Source: an uncultured Acidobacteriota bacterium
Lineage (GTDB): Bacteria; Acidobacteriota; Thermoanaerobaculia; UBA5066; Gp7-AA6
Direction: 5' to 3'
Length of the DNA: 64,000 nt
Assembly (NCBI GenBank): GCA_963764715.1
Contig: CAVXTP010000014.1
Location: forward strand, 1 to 64,000
Both the position numbers and the translations under genes were made by a program. The notes below the pieces were generated by a model. That model ran no database searches and was not told where the DNA came from. It was given only the letters and a program-made list of their open reading frames with translations. Positions 29,710-38,633 of this stretch are shown here, one piece after another. Within the stretch, counting starts at the first letter, position 1. The number at the start of each line of letters is the position of its first letter.

Positions 29710-32571
29710 TTACGGCTTCACTTCGACCAACACCGGCCGCCACATTTTGACGGCAATGCCGTTCTTGGTGGCCGGCCGGAACTTCGCGCTCTTGACTCCC
29801 GCGAGGACGGCGTCGTTGATGGCGGGCATTCCCGCGATCCCCTGCTGCAGCCTCGAATCGGCGACGTTGCCGTTCTCGTCCACGAGGACGAGCACGACGA
29901 CCTTGCCCTCGACGCTGCGCTGCCGGGCGATCGGAGGATAGACCACGCGGGGCGGAGCGAGCAGCGTCGGCTCGACGACGCCCGCGCCAGGCCCGACGAG
30001 ATCGCCGCGGCGAAGCTCGGGCTCCTTCTCCGAAAGCGTCGGCGGCTCCGTCGGAACCGCCGTCGGCGGCGGCGCGGTCGGCACGGCGGTCGGCGGGACC
30101 GGCGTCGGCTCCGGCGGCGCGGCCGTCGGCTCCGGCGGCGCCTCGGCGGGCGCGGCCGCCGCCGTGGGCGCGCGGCCGGCGGCCGCCGTCCGTTCGAGCT
30201 CCTTGCGCTTGGCGGCGACCTGGCGCTGCACTTCGGCCTCGACCGCCCTGGCGTCGATCGCGGGCGCGGTCGGAACGGGCGCCGCGGCGGCCGGGACGGC
30301 GGTCGGCACCGCCGGCGCGGCGGCGGCGGCCGTCGGAACGACGCGCACCGGCGCGGGCCCCGCGGCCGGCCGGGTCAGCTTCCAGGCGGCGAACGCGGCC
30401 AGCGCGACGGCGGCCACGACGATCGCGGCGTAGAGCGGGGTGCGGCTCTTCGCCTCCGCTTCCTCGACCCGCGCGTCGAGCGAGCCGAAGACCTCGCGCG
30501 GGGCGGACGATTCCCTCGGGGCGGCCGCCGCGGGCGGGGGCGGCGGCGGGCTCGGGGGGTGCGGACGCGGCGGGGCTTCCGCCTCGGGAGCCGCGACCCG
30601 CGGAGGCGCCGGCGGGCGGCGGGCGATCGGTGCGCCCTTGGACTTGCGTTTCCGGGCGGGCTCCGGCGCCGCCTCCCGCTCGGCCTGGGCCGCCGCCTCG
30701 CGCGCCCTGGAGTCGGCGACCGCCGTCTCCTCGGCCTGGAGGCGGTGGAGATAGATGGCGACGTCGGCGCTCCCGGGCGCGGGCGTGTAGGAGTAGAGGA
30801 CCGAGTCGAGGTCGCGCAGCAGATCCGAGGCGTTCGCGTACCGCTCGTCGGGATCCTTGGCGAGCGCCTTCAGCACGACGGCGTCGAGGTTGGTCGGCAC
30901 CTCGGGGTTCATGCGGGACGGCGGGATGACCTCGGCGCTCCGGACCTTCTCGAGCACGGTGATGTCCGTGTCGCCGCGGAAGAGCCGCTCCCCCGTCAGC
31001 ATCTCGTGGAGCACGACGCCGAGCGAGAACAGGTCGCTCCGCCGGTCGATCGGCTTTCCCCACGCCTGCTCGGGCGACATGTACTGGATCTTTCCCTTCA
31101 GCGCGCCCGACTGCGTCTTGGACGCCTTGGAGGCGGCCTTCGCAATTCCGAAATCGCAGAGCTTGATGTCGCCCTCGTAGGAGATGAGGATGTTCTGGGG
31201 CGACACGTCGCGGTGGACGATGTTCAGCTCGTGGCCCTCGGCGTCCCGCCTCCGGTGCGCGTAGTCGAGCGCCGAGGCCACCTTCGAGGCAATGTAGATG
31301 GCCAGGGGAACGGGGAGCTGCAACGAATGGGCGTGCCCCGACTGCTCGATCGACCGCAGGTCTCGGCCGTCGACGTGCTCCATCGCGATGAAGTAGCCGC
31401 CGGCCTGGATTTTTCCCAGGTCGTAGATGTGGATGATGTTCGGGTGGTTGAGCTGCGCGGCGAGCTTGGCCTCGTCGGCGAACATCGTCACGAACTCTTC
31501 GTCGTCGGCGAGATGCGGCAGGATCTTCTTGATCGCGACGATCTTCTGGAAGCCCTCGACGCCCGTCCGCCGGGCCTTGTAGAGCTCGGCCATGCCGCCG
31601 CTCGCGATCTTTTCGATGATCTCGTACTGCCCGAAGCGGTCCGGGCCCGAGGAGGGCACCGCGGCCGCGGGTTCCTCGCGGCGTTTCGGCGCCGGCGCCG
31701 GGGCGCTCGTGGTCGGCGGAGGCGGCGTCGCGCCGGCCGGCGGCCTCGGCCTCGGGGACGTCACCCCCGAAAGGGTGTCCGAGATCATGCGATCGACGTC
31801 GGTGTTGGTCGAAAGCTTGGGCCGCGCCGGAGCCGCGGGGGCGGGCGGCGGCACGACGACGGGAGTGGGCGGCGGCGCGGGCGCCGGTTTGGGCGCCACG
31901 CCCGGCCGGGACCCGATGTTGAGACCGGACAGCGTGTCGCGAAGCCGTTTTTCGACGTCGTCGCCGGCGGCCGCGCGCGGCGGAGGTGCGGCGGGTGCGG
32001 GTGACGCGGCGGCCGGAGCGACGGGCGGCGGCGGCGCGGCGGGCCGGGGCGACTCGGGCGCCGGCGGGGGCTCGGGCTTCTCGCCGGCGTCGTCCGTCAG
32101 GCCGGAGAGGACGTCGGAGAAGATGTCGTTCGAGGTCAGCGGAGAGGCCGCGGCGGCGACCTGCGCAATGTCGATGCGCATCGTCTTCGCACCGACGTCG
32201 GACGAGTCGAGGGCGTCCCGCACCGACTCCAGGAGATCGTCGTCGGTGAACGGCCGGACCAGGATGTCGAAGGCCCCCACCTTCTGCGCGTCGGCCTTCC
32301 GGTTGTTTCCCCGGTAGCCGCTCATCATCAGGACGATCGGCGGCGCCGTGGCCCCGCCCTTTTTCCGGATCTCGCGGATGACCTCGGCGCTCGGCAGGCG
32401 GGGCAGCATGCCCGAGAGAAGGACCAGGTCGAACTTGCTCGAAGAGAAGGCCTGCAGGCCCGCCTCCCCGTCGTGCGTCTCGGTCAGCGCGTGACCGAGC
32501 GGGGAAAGCAGCGTACGAATACGCTCGATGTACCGCGGCTCGTATTCGATCAAAAGAACTTTTTTGGGCAT
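29710..32571 (-). CDS. Pseudo-receiver / Ser-Thr kinase / TM / TonB C-terminal domain fusion
   Basis: REC-like N-terminus; kinase motifs ASGGMA, VAIKK, HRDVSPQN, DFG and YMSPEQ; TM; Pro-rich stalk; TonB-C motifs YPPIAR..VEGKVVV..VDENG..FRPA. Confidence 0.9.
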   Translation of the reverse strand: MPKKVLLIEYEPRYIERIRTLLSPLGHALTETHDGEAGLQAFSSSKFDLVLLSGMLPRLPSAEVIREIRKKGGATAPPIVLMMSGYRGNNRKADAQKVGAFDILVRPFTDDDLLESVRDALDSSDVGAKTMRIDIAQVAAAASPLTSNDIFSDVLSGLTDDAGEKPEPPPAPESPRPAAPPPPVAPAAASPAPAAPPPRAAAGDDVEKRLRDTLSGLNIGSRPGVAPKPAPAPPPTPVVVPPPAPAAPARPKLSTNTDVDRMISDTLSGVTSPRPRPPAGATPPPPTTSAPAPAPKRREEPAAAVPSSGPDRFGQYEIIEKIASGGMAELYKARRTGVEGFQKIVAIKKILPHLADDEEFVTMFADEAKLAAQLNHPNIIHIYDLGKIQAGGYFIAMEHVDGRDLRSIEQSGHAHSLQLPVPLAIYIASKVASALDYAHRRRDAEGHELNIVHRDVSPQNILISYEGDIKLCDFGIAKAASKASKTQSGALKGKIQYMSPEQAWGKPIDRRSDLFSLGVVLHEMLTGERLFRGDTDITVLEKVRSAEVIPPSRMNPEVPTNLDAVVLKALAKDPDERYANASDLLRDLDSVLYSYTPAPGSADVAIYLHRLQAEETAVADSRAREAAAQAEREAAPEPARKRKSKGAPIARRPPAPPRVAAPEAEAPPRPHPPSPPPPPPAAAAPRESSAPREVFGSLDARVEEAEAKSRTPLYAAIVVAAVALAAFAAWKLTRPAAGPAPVRVVPTAAAAAPAVPTAVPAAAAPVPTAPAIDARAVEAEVQRQVAAKRKELERTAAAGRAPTAAAAPAEAPPEPTAAPPEPTPVPPTAVPTAPPPTAVPTEPPTLSEKEPELRRGDLVGPGAGVVEPTLLAPPRVVYPPIARQRSVEGKVVVLVLVDENGNVADSRLQQGIAGMPAINDAVLAGVKSAKFRPATKNGIAVKMWRPVLVEVKP

Positions 32572-32622
32572 GAACTGAAAGCTATTGTCGCCGGAAACGT
32601 CGGGAAATCAAGGAGAACGGAG

Positions 32623-32725
32623 AATCAGGAGGCCGGAGGCAGACGTCAGGAGGCAGGAAAGATCGCCGACGAATCCACGTCTTCCGGCGTCCTGCCTCCT
32701 GCTTCCCGCCTCCTGCCTCCCGACT
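32623..32725. repeat. Inverted pair of heptamer arrays
   Basis: Five AGGCAGG-like units (32623-32657) facing six CCTGCCT-like units (32684-32725). Confidence 0.75.
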
Positions 32726-32753
32726 CATATAATCCGCCGGTTAGGAGTCACGC

Positions 32754-33494
32754 ATGTCCGGACACAGCAAATGGAGCACGATCAAGCACAAGAAGGGCGC
32801 CGCCGACGCCAAGCGCGGGCGCATCTTCACCAAGCTCATCCGAGAGCTGACGATGGCCGCCAAGCAGGGCGGCGGCGCCCCGGAATCCAACCCGCGCCTG
32901 CGCAAGGCGATCGACGACGCGAAGGCCGTCAACATGCCGGCCGACAACATCAAACGGGCGATCCAGCGGGGAACCGGGGAGCTGCCCGGCGTCACCTACG
33001 AAGAGGTCACCTTCGAAGGCTACGGTCCCGGCGGCACGGCCGTCCTCATCGAGGCCCTGACGGACAACAAGAACCGCACGCTGCCGGAGATCCGGACCAT
33101 CTTCTCGAAGCACGGCGGAAACCTCGGCGAGACCAACTCGGTCCGGTTCCTCTTCCAGAAGATGGGCTACATCACCATCGAGAAGAGCAAGGCGAGCGAG
33201 GACGCGGTCATGGAGGCGGCCATCGAGGCCGGCGCCGACGACGTCGGAACGACCGACGAGTACCACGAGATCAAGACCTCGCCGGACGGGTTCGCGGCCG
33301 TCAAGGCGCACCTCGAGTCCAAGGGCTTCCCGCTCGCCGTCGCCGAGGTCTCGATGATCCCGTCGACCGAGGTGGCCCTCGACTCGCGCAAGGCCGACCA
33401 GATGGTGAAGCTGATGGAGGCGCTCGAGGACCACGACGACGTGCAGAACGTCTGGGCCAACTTCGACTTCGCGGAAACCTCCGCGGCCTCGTGA
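32754..33494 (+). CDS. yebC: YebC/PmpR family protein
   Basis: [28 protein letters not shown] and [11 protein letters not shown]; TATAAT and SD upstream. Confidence 0.97.
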   Translation: MSGHSKWSTIKHKKGAADAKRGRIFTKLIRELTMAAKQGGGAPESNPRLRKAIDDAKAVNMPADNIKRAIQRGTGELPGVTYEEVTFEGYGPGGTAVLIEALTDNKNRTLPEIRTIFSKHGGNLGETNSVRFLFQKMGYITIEKSKASEDAVMEAAIEAGADDVGTTDEYHEIKTSPDGFAAVKAHLESKGFPLAVAEVSMIPSTEVALDSRKADQMVKLMEALEDHDDVQNVWANFDFAETSAAS

Positions 33495-33967
33495 TCATCC
33501 TCGGGCTCGACCCCGGAACCGTCGCGACCGGTTTCGGGGTCGTCGCCTTCGAGGGCGGCCGTCTCCGTCTCGAGAGCTGCGGCGTCTGGCGCCCGCCCTC
33601 CCGCATGGAGCTGCCGGCCAAGCTCGACTTCCTGTTCACGGCGGCCGTCGAGCTCTTCGGGCAGGTCCGACCGGCGGCCGCCTCGATCGAGACCGTGTTC
33701 GCAGCCCGGAACATTTCCTCGGCGCTCAAGCTCTCGCACGCGCGCGGCGTGCTCCTCGCCGCCGCCGCCCGCTCCGCGGTCCCCGTCTTCGAGTACGAGC
33801 CGCGCCTCGTCAAGAAGGCCCTGGTCGGCTACGGACAGGCCGAAAAGGAGCAGGTCCGGGCCATGGTCCTGTCCCTTCTCGCCCGCCAGCGCTCCCGCAT
33901 CCCGCTCGACGCCGCCGACGCCCTGGCCCTCGCGATCTGCCACATCCACGCCGGCGCCGCCCGCTAA
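33491..33967 (+). CDS. ruvC: Holliday junction resolvase
   Basis: [23 protein letters not shown] and [12 protein letters not shown]. Confidence 0.95.
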   Translation: MIILGLDPGTVATGFGVVAFEGGRLRLESCGVWRPPSRMELPAKLDFLFTAAVELFGQVRPAAASIETVFAARNISSALKLSHARGVLLAAAARSAVPVFEYEPRLVKKALVGYGQAEKEQVRAMVLSLLARQRSRIPLDAADALALAICHIHAGAAR

Positions 33968-34018
33968 ACGGATCGGTTCCTTTCCGCCACCCGGCCCCAT
34001 CCGCTCGCGGCGAGGATA

Positions 34019-34160
34019 GTCTCCCGAGCGAAGCGAGGGAGGAGGTCCGCGCCGCGGGAGCGAGCGCGCGGCGAGGGATCAGGCGGGCGGTCGAGCCCGC
34101 ATCCGGGCGAGCCGCCCGCCGGTGCGCCGGCACGGCGCAGATCCCTCACCGCGCGCTCGC
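34019..34160. repeat. REP-like palindromic cluster
   Basis: 21-nt inverted arms (34060-34080 and 34140-34160, 20/21 match) enclose two hairpins; a related unit CCCGAGCGAAGCGAGGGA lies just upstream. Confidence 0.7.
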
Positions 34161-34186
34161 GACGGGGGTGCTAGCATCTCGCCCGT

Positions 34187-35140
34187 ATGTCGTTCCAGGG
34201 TTCCATCCAGGAGCTCCCGGTCCCCGACATCATCCAGCTCGTCTCGGTCTCGGGGAAGACCGGGATGTTCATGCTCGTCCGGGGATCGGAGCGCGGCTTC
34301 ATCTACCTGCGCAACGGGCGGATCGTGCATGCGGAGCTCGGTCCGCTCACCGGCGAGGAGGCCGTCTACGCCCTGGCGATCTGGTCGACGGGGGACTTCC
34401 AGTTCACGCCCGGCAAGGAAGCCGACACGGTCACGATCGAGAAGACGAACACGTCTCTCCTCATGGAGGCCGCCCGGAGGCTCGACGAGTGGAAGGTCCT
34501 CGCCCGGAAGATCCCGGGCGTCGAGTACGTGCCCGCGCTCAAGGCCCGGGAGGTCGGCGAGCCGATCACCCTCTCGCCGCCGGAATGGAACCTCGTGATG
34601 CACATCGACGGCCGGAAGTCGGTCGAAGACCTCGCGCGCGCGATGCATTCGAACTCCTTCGACACGGCGAAGATCCTCTACGGCCTCGTCACGTCGGACC
34701 TCGTCGAGATGCGCTCCCGCGAAGCCGCGGTGCGCGCCATGGCAACGGCCGCGCCGCCCCCGGCCTTTGCCGCCACCCCGAGCGCGTTTTCCCCGGCGTT
34801 CGCGCCCCGGACGACACCCTCGTCCGGAGCCACCTCGTCCATCGCGTCCATCGCTTCGACCGCGCCGGCGGCCGGCGTTCTCGGCGACGAGAAAAAGATC
34901 CTCATGATCCTCTGCACCCGGGTCAAGCAGGAGGCCGAGACGGCGATCGGCGAGTCGAACCTGCCGGGCCTCGACCGCCCCTACAAGCAGGCCCTCGCCG
35001 AGATCGACCGCGGCCGCGGCGTCGAGGCGGTCCGCGACCTGATCCGCCATACCGAGAAGGCCATCTCCTCCATCCGGGGCCCGGCCATCATGAAAGCGTT
35101 CCAGGACAAGATGTCGCTGGTGATGCAGCCGAAGGTATAG
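34187..35140 (+). CDS. DUF4388 (PatA-N) domain protein
   Basis: MSFQGSIQELPVPDIIQLV, KTGM, GRIVHAE, GDFQF and LLMEAARRLDEW. Confidence 0.88.
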   Translation: MSFQGSIQELPVPDIIQLVSVSGKTGMFMLVRGSERGFIYLRNGRIVHAELGPLTGEEAVYALAIWSTGDFQFTPGKEADTVTIEKTNTSLLMEAARRLDEWKVLARKIPGVEYVPALKAREVGEPITLSPPEWNLVMHIDGRKSVEDLARAMHSNSFDTAKILYGLVTSDLVEMRSREAAVRAMATAAPPPAFAATPSAFSPAFAPRTTPSSGATSSIASIASTAPAAGVLGDEKKILMILCTRVKQEAETAIGESNLPGLDRPYKQALAEIDRGRGVEAVRDLIRHTEKAISSIRGPAIMKAFQDKMSLVMQPKV

Positions 35141-35333
35141 CCGTCGCCTGCGCTTGCTCGGAGGGCTGCGCCCTTCGGGCGCACCGGGGCGAAAGACCCT
35201 GCGACTGAGGGCGACTGCAAGCCGAAAAGCTCGATTCGCCTCGATCGTCCGGCCGACAGCTTCAACTCGGCCCACAGCCGTGAACCCCCGCTACCTGACC
35301 GGAAGGACGGTCCCCTGTACGAGCAGAAGATGT

Positions 35334-35362
35334 TTGGCAATACGGCCTTTTTGGCTTATTAT
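35334..35362 (+). promoter_or_regulatory. Candidate sigma70 promoter of the OmpA-family gene
   Basis: TTGGCA-N17-TATTAT, followed by SD AAGGAG before ATG 35410. Confidence 0.55.
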
Positions 35363-35409
35363 TTTCGGCAGCTACGTTCCCCCGTCCGGGTTCGAAAGGA
35401 GACATTTTC

Positions 35410-36813
35410 ATGATGGCGAAGCGGACCGTGCTCCTCGGGATGCTGATCTGCGCCACCAGCGTCGCGGCCTTCGGGCAGCCCGCGGCAATCGCCCCCAACG
35501 TCGGTGGAGACGTGGGACTCTTCACCATGTCGACGGCGGACAACCCCCGCGCCGGACAATTCACTCTTGGCATGTACGCCTGGTACCAGCCGCAGATCGC
35601 CGGGCCGTTCTTCGTGGGTCAGCCGGACGAGTCGCGCTACTTCGCCCAGTACGGCGGCAACGTGTCCCTGGGACTCGGCCTGACCAACTGGTGGTCGGTC
35701 TTCGTCTCCGGAGGCGCACAGGTGACCCGGAGCGAAGGCGGCTGGGACGCGGGCTACGTGAACTCGCTCGGGATCGTCGGCCCGTTCAATGCGTCGGAAG
35801 GCCAGAAGATACGGCTCGGCACGAAGTTCAACTTCCACTCCGAGGCCGATCCCGACTTCCGCATCGCCGGCTGGCTCGCCGGGCACATTCCGATCTCGGA
35901 CCGCGACCCCGTCGCCGGTCCCGGCAGCACGATCGAGGCCGTCAACTCGCCCCGCGCCGACTGGGAATGGGGCGCCGCGGTCTCGAAGTCGTGGTTCACG
36001 GGCATGGTTTCCTACACGATGTCCGGTGGCCAGGACAATCCGCAGGATCCGAACGACACGATCCGCGTGGCCAACCTCCTGAAGTTTGGCGTCGGTGCGA
36101 CGATCCCGGTGGGCACACCGCTCCTCGAGGTCATCATCGAAGCGCTCTACAACGTCTACGACGGCGGCGACTTCCCCCAGAACGACTACGGCCAGTTGAA
36201 CGGCGGCGTCCGCCTCTGGTTCGGCCAATCGGGATGGGCGCTTTCCGGCGCCCTGGGCACGAACCTGTCGATGCTCTTCACCAACGGCACCAGCCAGAAC
36301 CCGTTCGGCGGCGTCCTCGGGGTCACCTACGCGGCCTGGCCGCCGGCCCCCCCGCCGCCGGTCGTCGTCCCCGCGCCCGAGCCGGTCGTCGAGCCGGCCC
36401 CCGTGGTGGCGCCCCCGGTGACGACCACCCAGGCCCCCCCGCCGCCGCCGCGGCCGGCGCCCCGGTCGACCTCGGACGAGATCTTCTTCGACGGCAAGAG
36501 CGCGCGCCTGACGAACATCGCCAAGGCGGTCCTGGACGGCGTGGCCCTCCGGATGAAGAACGACCTGAACTCGACGGCGGTCGTCACCGGCTACACGGAC
36601 AACACCGGCACCGAGCAGGCCAACCTGGAGCTCGGCGCCAAGCGCGCCCAGGCGGCCAAGGACTATCTCGTCACCCGCCACGGCATCGATCCCGCCCGGA
36701 TCTCGACCATGTCCAAGGGATCGGCGGAGCCGGCGTACGACAACGCGACGTCCGACGGAAAGATCAAGAACCGCCGGGCTCAGATTGTGGTAACACTCGT
36801 CTCCGGAACGTGA
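35410..36813 (+). CDS. OmpA family outer-membrane protein
   Basis: Signal peptide, beta-barrel region, Pro-rich hinge, C-terminal OmpA domain (GYTDNTG..NLELGAKRA..NRR). Confidence 0.92.
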   Translation: MMAKRTVLLGMLICATSVAAFGQPAAIAPNVGGDVGLFTMSTADNPRAGQFTLGMYAWYQPQIAGPFFVGQPDESRYFAQYGGNVSLGLGLTNWWSVFVSGGAQVTRSEGGWDAGYVNSLGIVGPFNASEGQKIRLGTKFNFHSEADPDFRIAGWLAGHIPISDRDPVAGPGSTIEAVNSPRADWEWGAAVSKSWFTGMVSYTMSGGQDNPQDPNDTIRVANLLKFGVGATIPVGTPLLEVIIEALYNVYDGGDFPQNDYGQLNGGVRLWFGQSGWALSGALGTNLSMLFTNGTSQNPFGGVLGVTYAAWPPAPPPPVVVPAPEPVVEPAPVVAPPVTTTQAPPPPPRPAPRSTSDEIFFDGKSARLTNIAKAVLDGVALRMKNDLNSTAVVTGYTDNTGTEQANLELGAKRAQAAKDYLVTRHGIDPARISTMSKGSAEPAYDNATSDGKIKNRRAQIVVTLVSGT

Positions 36814-36843
36814 TCGAGAAGACCCCCGACGGCGCCTCAACAC

Positions 36844-36870
36844 AACCCCCTCCCCCCGAGGGGGTTTTTT
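36844..36870 (+). terminator. Rho-independent terminator after the OmpA-family gene
   Basis: AACCCCCTC-CCCCC-GAGGGGGTT followed by TTTT. Confidence 0.8.
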
Positions 36871-37993
36871 GACGGCGCGGCCGGGGGTCGATGAGACCCC
36901 TCCCGCCCGCGTCGTCGGTCTGACCGTCGTCACGACGGCCGCGGTCGTCGGCCTGCTCTACTACGGCCAGCCGCTTCTCGTCCCGCTGGCGTTCGCTCTC
37001 TTCCTGTCCTTCGCGCTCCGGCCGTTCGTCTCGCTGCTCGAGCGGGCGGGGTTGCCGCGCGTCGTCGCGATCCTGCTGATCCTCTTCGTCATCACGGGAG
37101 GGCTCGTCCTGCTCGTGATCAACGTCACCGCCCAGATCAACCAGTTCTTCGCCGAGCTGCCCCGGTATCAGAACCGCATTCGCGACCTCCTCGCCGGCGT
37201 GATGGGCATGGTCAACAAGCTCCGGGAACGGATGGGCTCGATCCTCCCGGACGAGGCGCCCGGCGTGCGCGAGGTCAAACTGACCGAGTCGCAGCTCGAG
37301 ACGACGCGGGCCTTCGTGGCGCGGCTCGGAGCCACGGTCGGCATTTTCCTCTACGCCGCGACGATCCCGTTCCTGACGTTCTTCATGCTCAAGGACCGCG
37401 AAAAGTTCAGTCGGGTCCTCGCCGGCATGCTCACGCGCAGCGAGCGGATGGGCGAGTCGGACGTGACGGGGGCGATCTCGCGCACGATGACGGCCTACGC
37501 CCTGGGGCTCTCCTTCGTCATGCTCATCATGGCCGGGGCGACCACGCTCGGGCTCATGCTCCTGCGCATCGACTATTACTACGTCCTCGGGCCGATCGCG
37601 GGTGTCGCGATCCTGCTGCCCTACGTCGGAGTCATCCTGTCGACGGTGCCGGCCGTGGCCGTGGCGTACTTCCAGTACGACGGCGAGAAGGCCCTGCTCG
37701 TCTTCCTCGTCTACACCCTGATGCAGTTCCTCGAGGGCAACGTCCTGACGCCCTTCATCGTCGGCAGCAAGGTCCGCCTCTTTCCGCTGACCGTCATGAT
37801 CGCCTTCATCTTCTGGGGCACGATCTGGGGAATCTCGGGGGCCGTGCTCGCCGTGCCGCTGACCTCGGCGATCAAGGTCGTCTGCGAGCACGTCAGGGGC
37901 TGGGAGGGCATGGCCCGGCTCCTCGGGGAGCCGGACCTCCCCCACTTCAACAAGAAGAAGGGGCGGGAGAAGCCGGCGGAGGCCGCCGGCTAG
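36869..37993 (+). CDS. AI-2E (UPF0118) family transporter
   Basis: PLAFALFLSFALRP, LPYVG, QFLEGNVLTP and WGISGAVLAVP; TTG start uncertain. Confidence 0.9.
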   Translation: MTARPGVDETPPARVVGLTVVTTAAVVGLLYYGQPLLVPLAFALFLSFALRPFVSLLERAGLPRVVAILLILFVITGGLVLLVINVTAQINQFFAELPRYQNRIRDLLAGVMGMVNKLRERMGSILPDEAPGVREVKLTESQLETTRAFVARLGATVGIFLYAATIPFLTFFMLKDREKFSRVLAGMLTRSERMGESDVTGAISRTMTAYALGLSFVMLIMAGATTLGLMLLRIDYYYVLGPIAGVAILLPYVGVILSTVPAVAVAYFQYDGEKALLVFLVYTLMQFLEGNVLTPFIVGSKVRLFPLTVMIAFIFWGTIWGISGAVLAVPLTSAIKVVCEHVRGWEGMARLLGEPDLPHFNKKKGREKPAEAAG

Positions 37994-38106
37994 AGCTCCC
38001 GTCCAGGGCCGAGCCGCATCTTCGTGTCGCTAGCCGATCGCCGGAACGGCAGGTGCGCGCAGCAGATGCTGGCCAGCAGAACCAGCGCCGCCGCGCGCCC
38101 TGTCAT
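37990..38106 (-). pseudogene. 38-aa stub resembling a truncated exported-protein gene
   Basis: MTGRAAALVLLASICCAHLPFRR..., with a G-rich SD-like run upstream; signal-like N-terminus then early stop. Confidence 0.35.
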
Positions 38107-38151
38107 CGGAACCCCCGAAGTCGGGGCGGTCTCGGAACCGCCCCGCCGGCC

Positions 38152-38592
38152 TCACTTTTCCAGTTTGACCTTCAAGCCTTCCGCGGCGATCTTGAGGTTG
38201 GCGCCCTTGGTCTGGCTGGTCAGTACGATCTGGACCTTTTTGGAGTTGATGACGGCCGTCGCGCCCTTGCCTTCCTGAACCGCGATGCCGGCGCTCGCGG
38301 CGCCATAGACGCCGTCGAAGTCCTCGAGGTTCTTCAGGTCGTAGACGTTGCCGGTCGCTTGCGCCTTCGTCACGCCGACTTCGCCGACCGAGAGGCCTTC
38401 GACCTTGAACTTGTACTCCTTGCCCTTGTACGCGAGCGTGCCGTGGCCCCAGCTCCAGCCGATCCCGACGGCGACGGTGCCCTCGGAGAGCTTGACCGTG
38501 GCGTCGGGCTTGCGCCCCTCCGCGCCTCCGGCGAGAGCCGCGAGACAAAAGAGAACGACCGCCGCGATGGAAACGATGGATTTCCGGCTCAT
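38152..38592 (-). CDS. Exported DUF1134/EipA-like small beta protein
   Basis: Signal peptide; VAVGIGWSWGHGTL..YKFKVEGLSVGEVG..DFDGVY; SD GAGGAGG. Confidence 0.7.
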   Translation of the reverse strand: MSRKSIVSIAAVVLFCLAALAGGAEGRKPDATVKLSEGTVAVGIGWSWGHGTLAYKGKEYKFKVEGLSVGEVGVTKAQATGNVYDLKNLEDFDGVYGAASAGIAVQEGKGATAVINSKKVQIVLTSQTKGANLKIAAEGLKVKLEK

Positions 38593-38633
38593 GGATTCCT
38601 CCTCAACGTTGTTTCGAGTTCTTCGGTTTTTCC

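Noticed and set aside
29440-29720. Cobalamin riboswitch upstream of the BtuFCD-like genes
   Set aside because: The region is coding or only 24 nt intergenic, with no B12 box; the substrate remains unassigned.
29990-30620. GC-rich repeats inside the kinase gene as a DNA-level element
   Set aside because: Explained by Pro/Ala/Thr-rich linker codons (PTA repeats).
1844-32725. CRISPR array interpretation of the short repeats
   Set aside because: Units are contiguous 7-mers without unique spacers, and no cas genes are present.
35205-35230. Hammerhead ribozyme or c-di-GMP-I riboswitch (CTGA...GAAA)
   Set aside because: The core reads CTGAGGG rather than CTGANGA, stems I and III are not evident, and the GGCAAA/GACGCAAA riboswitch motifs are absent.
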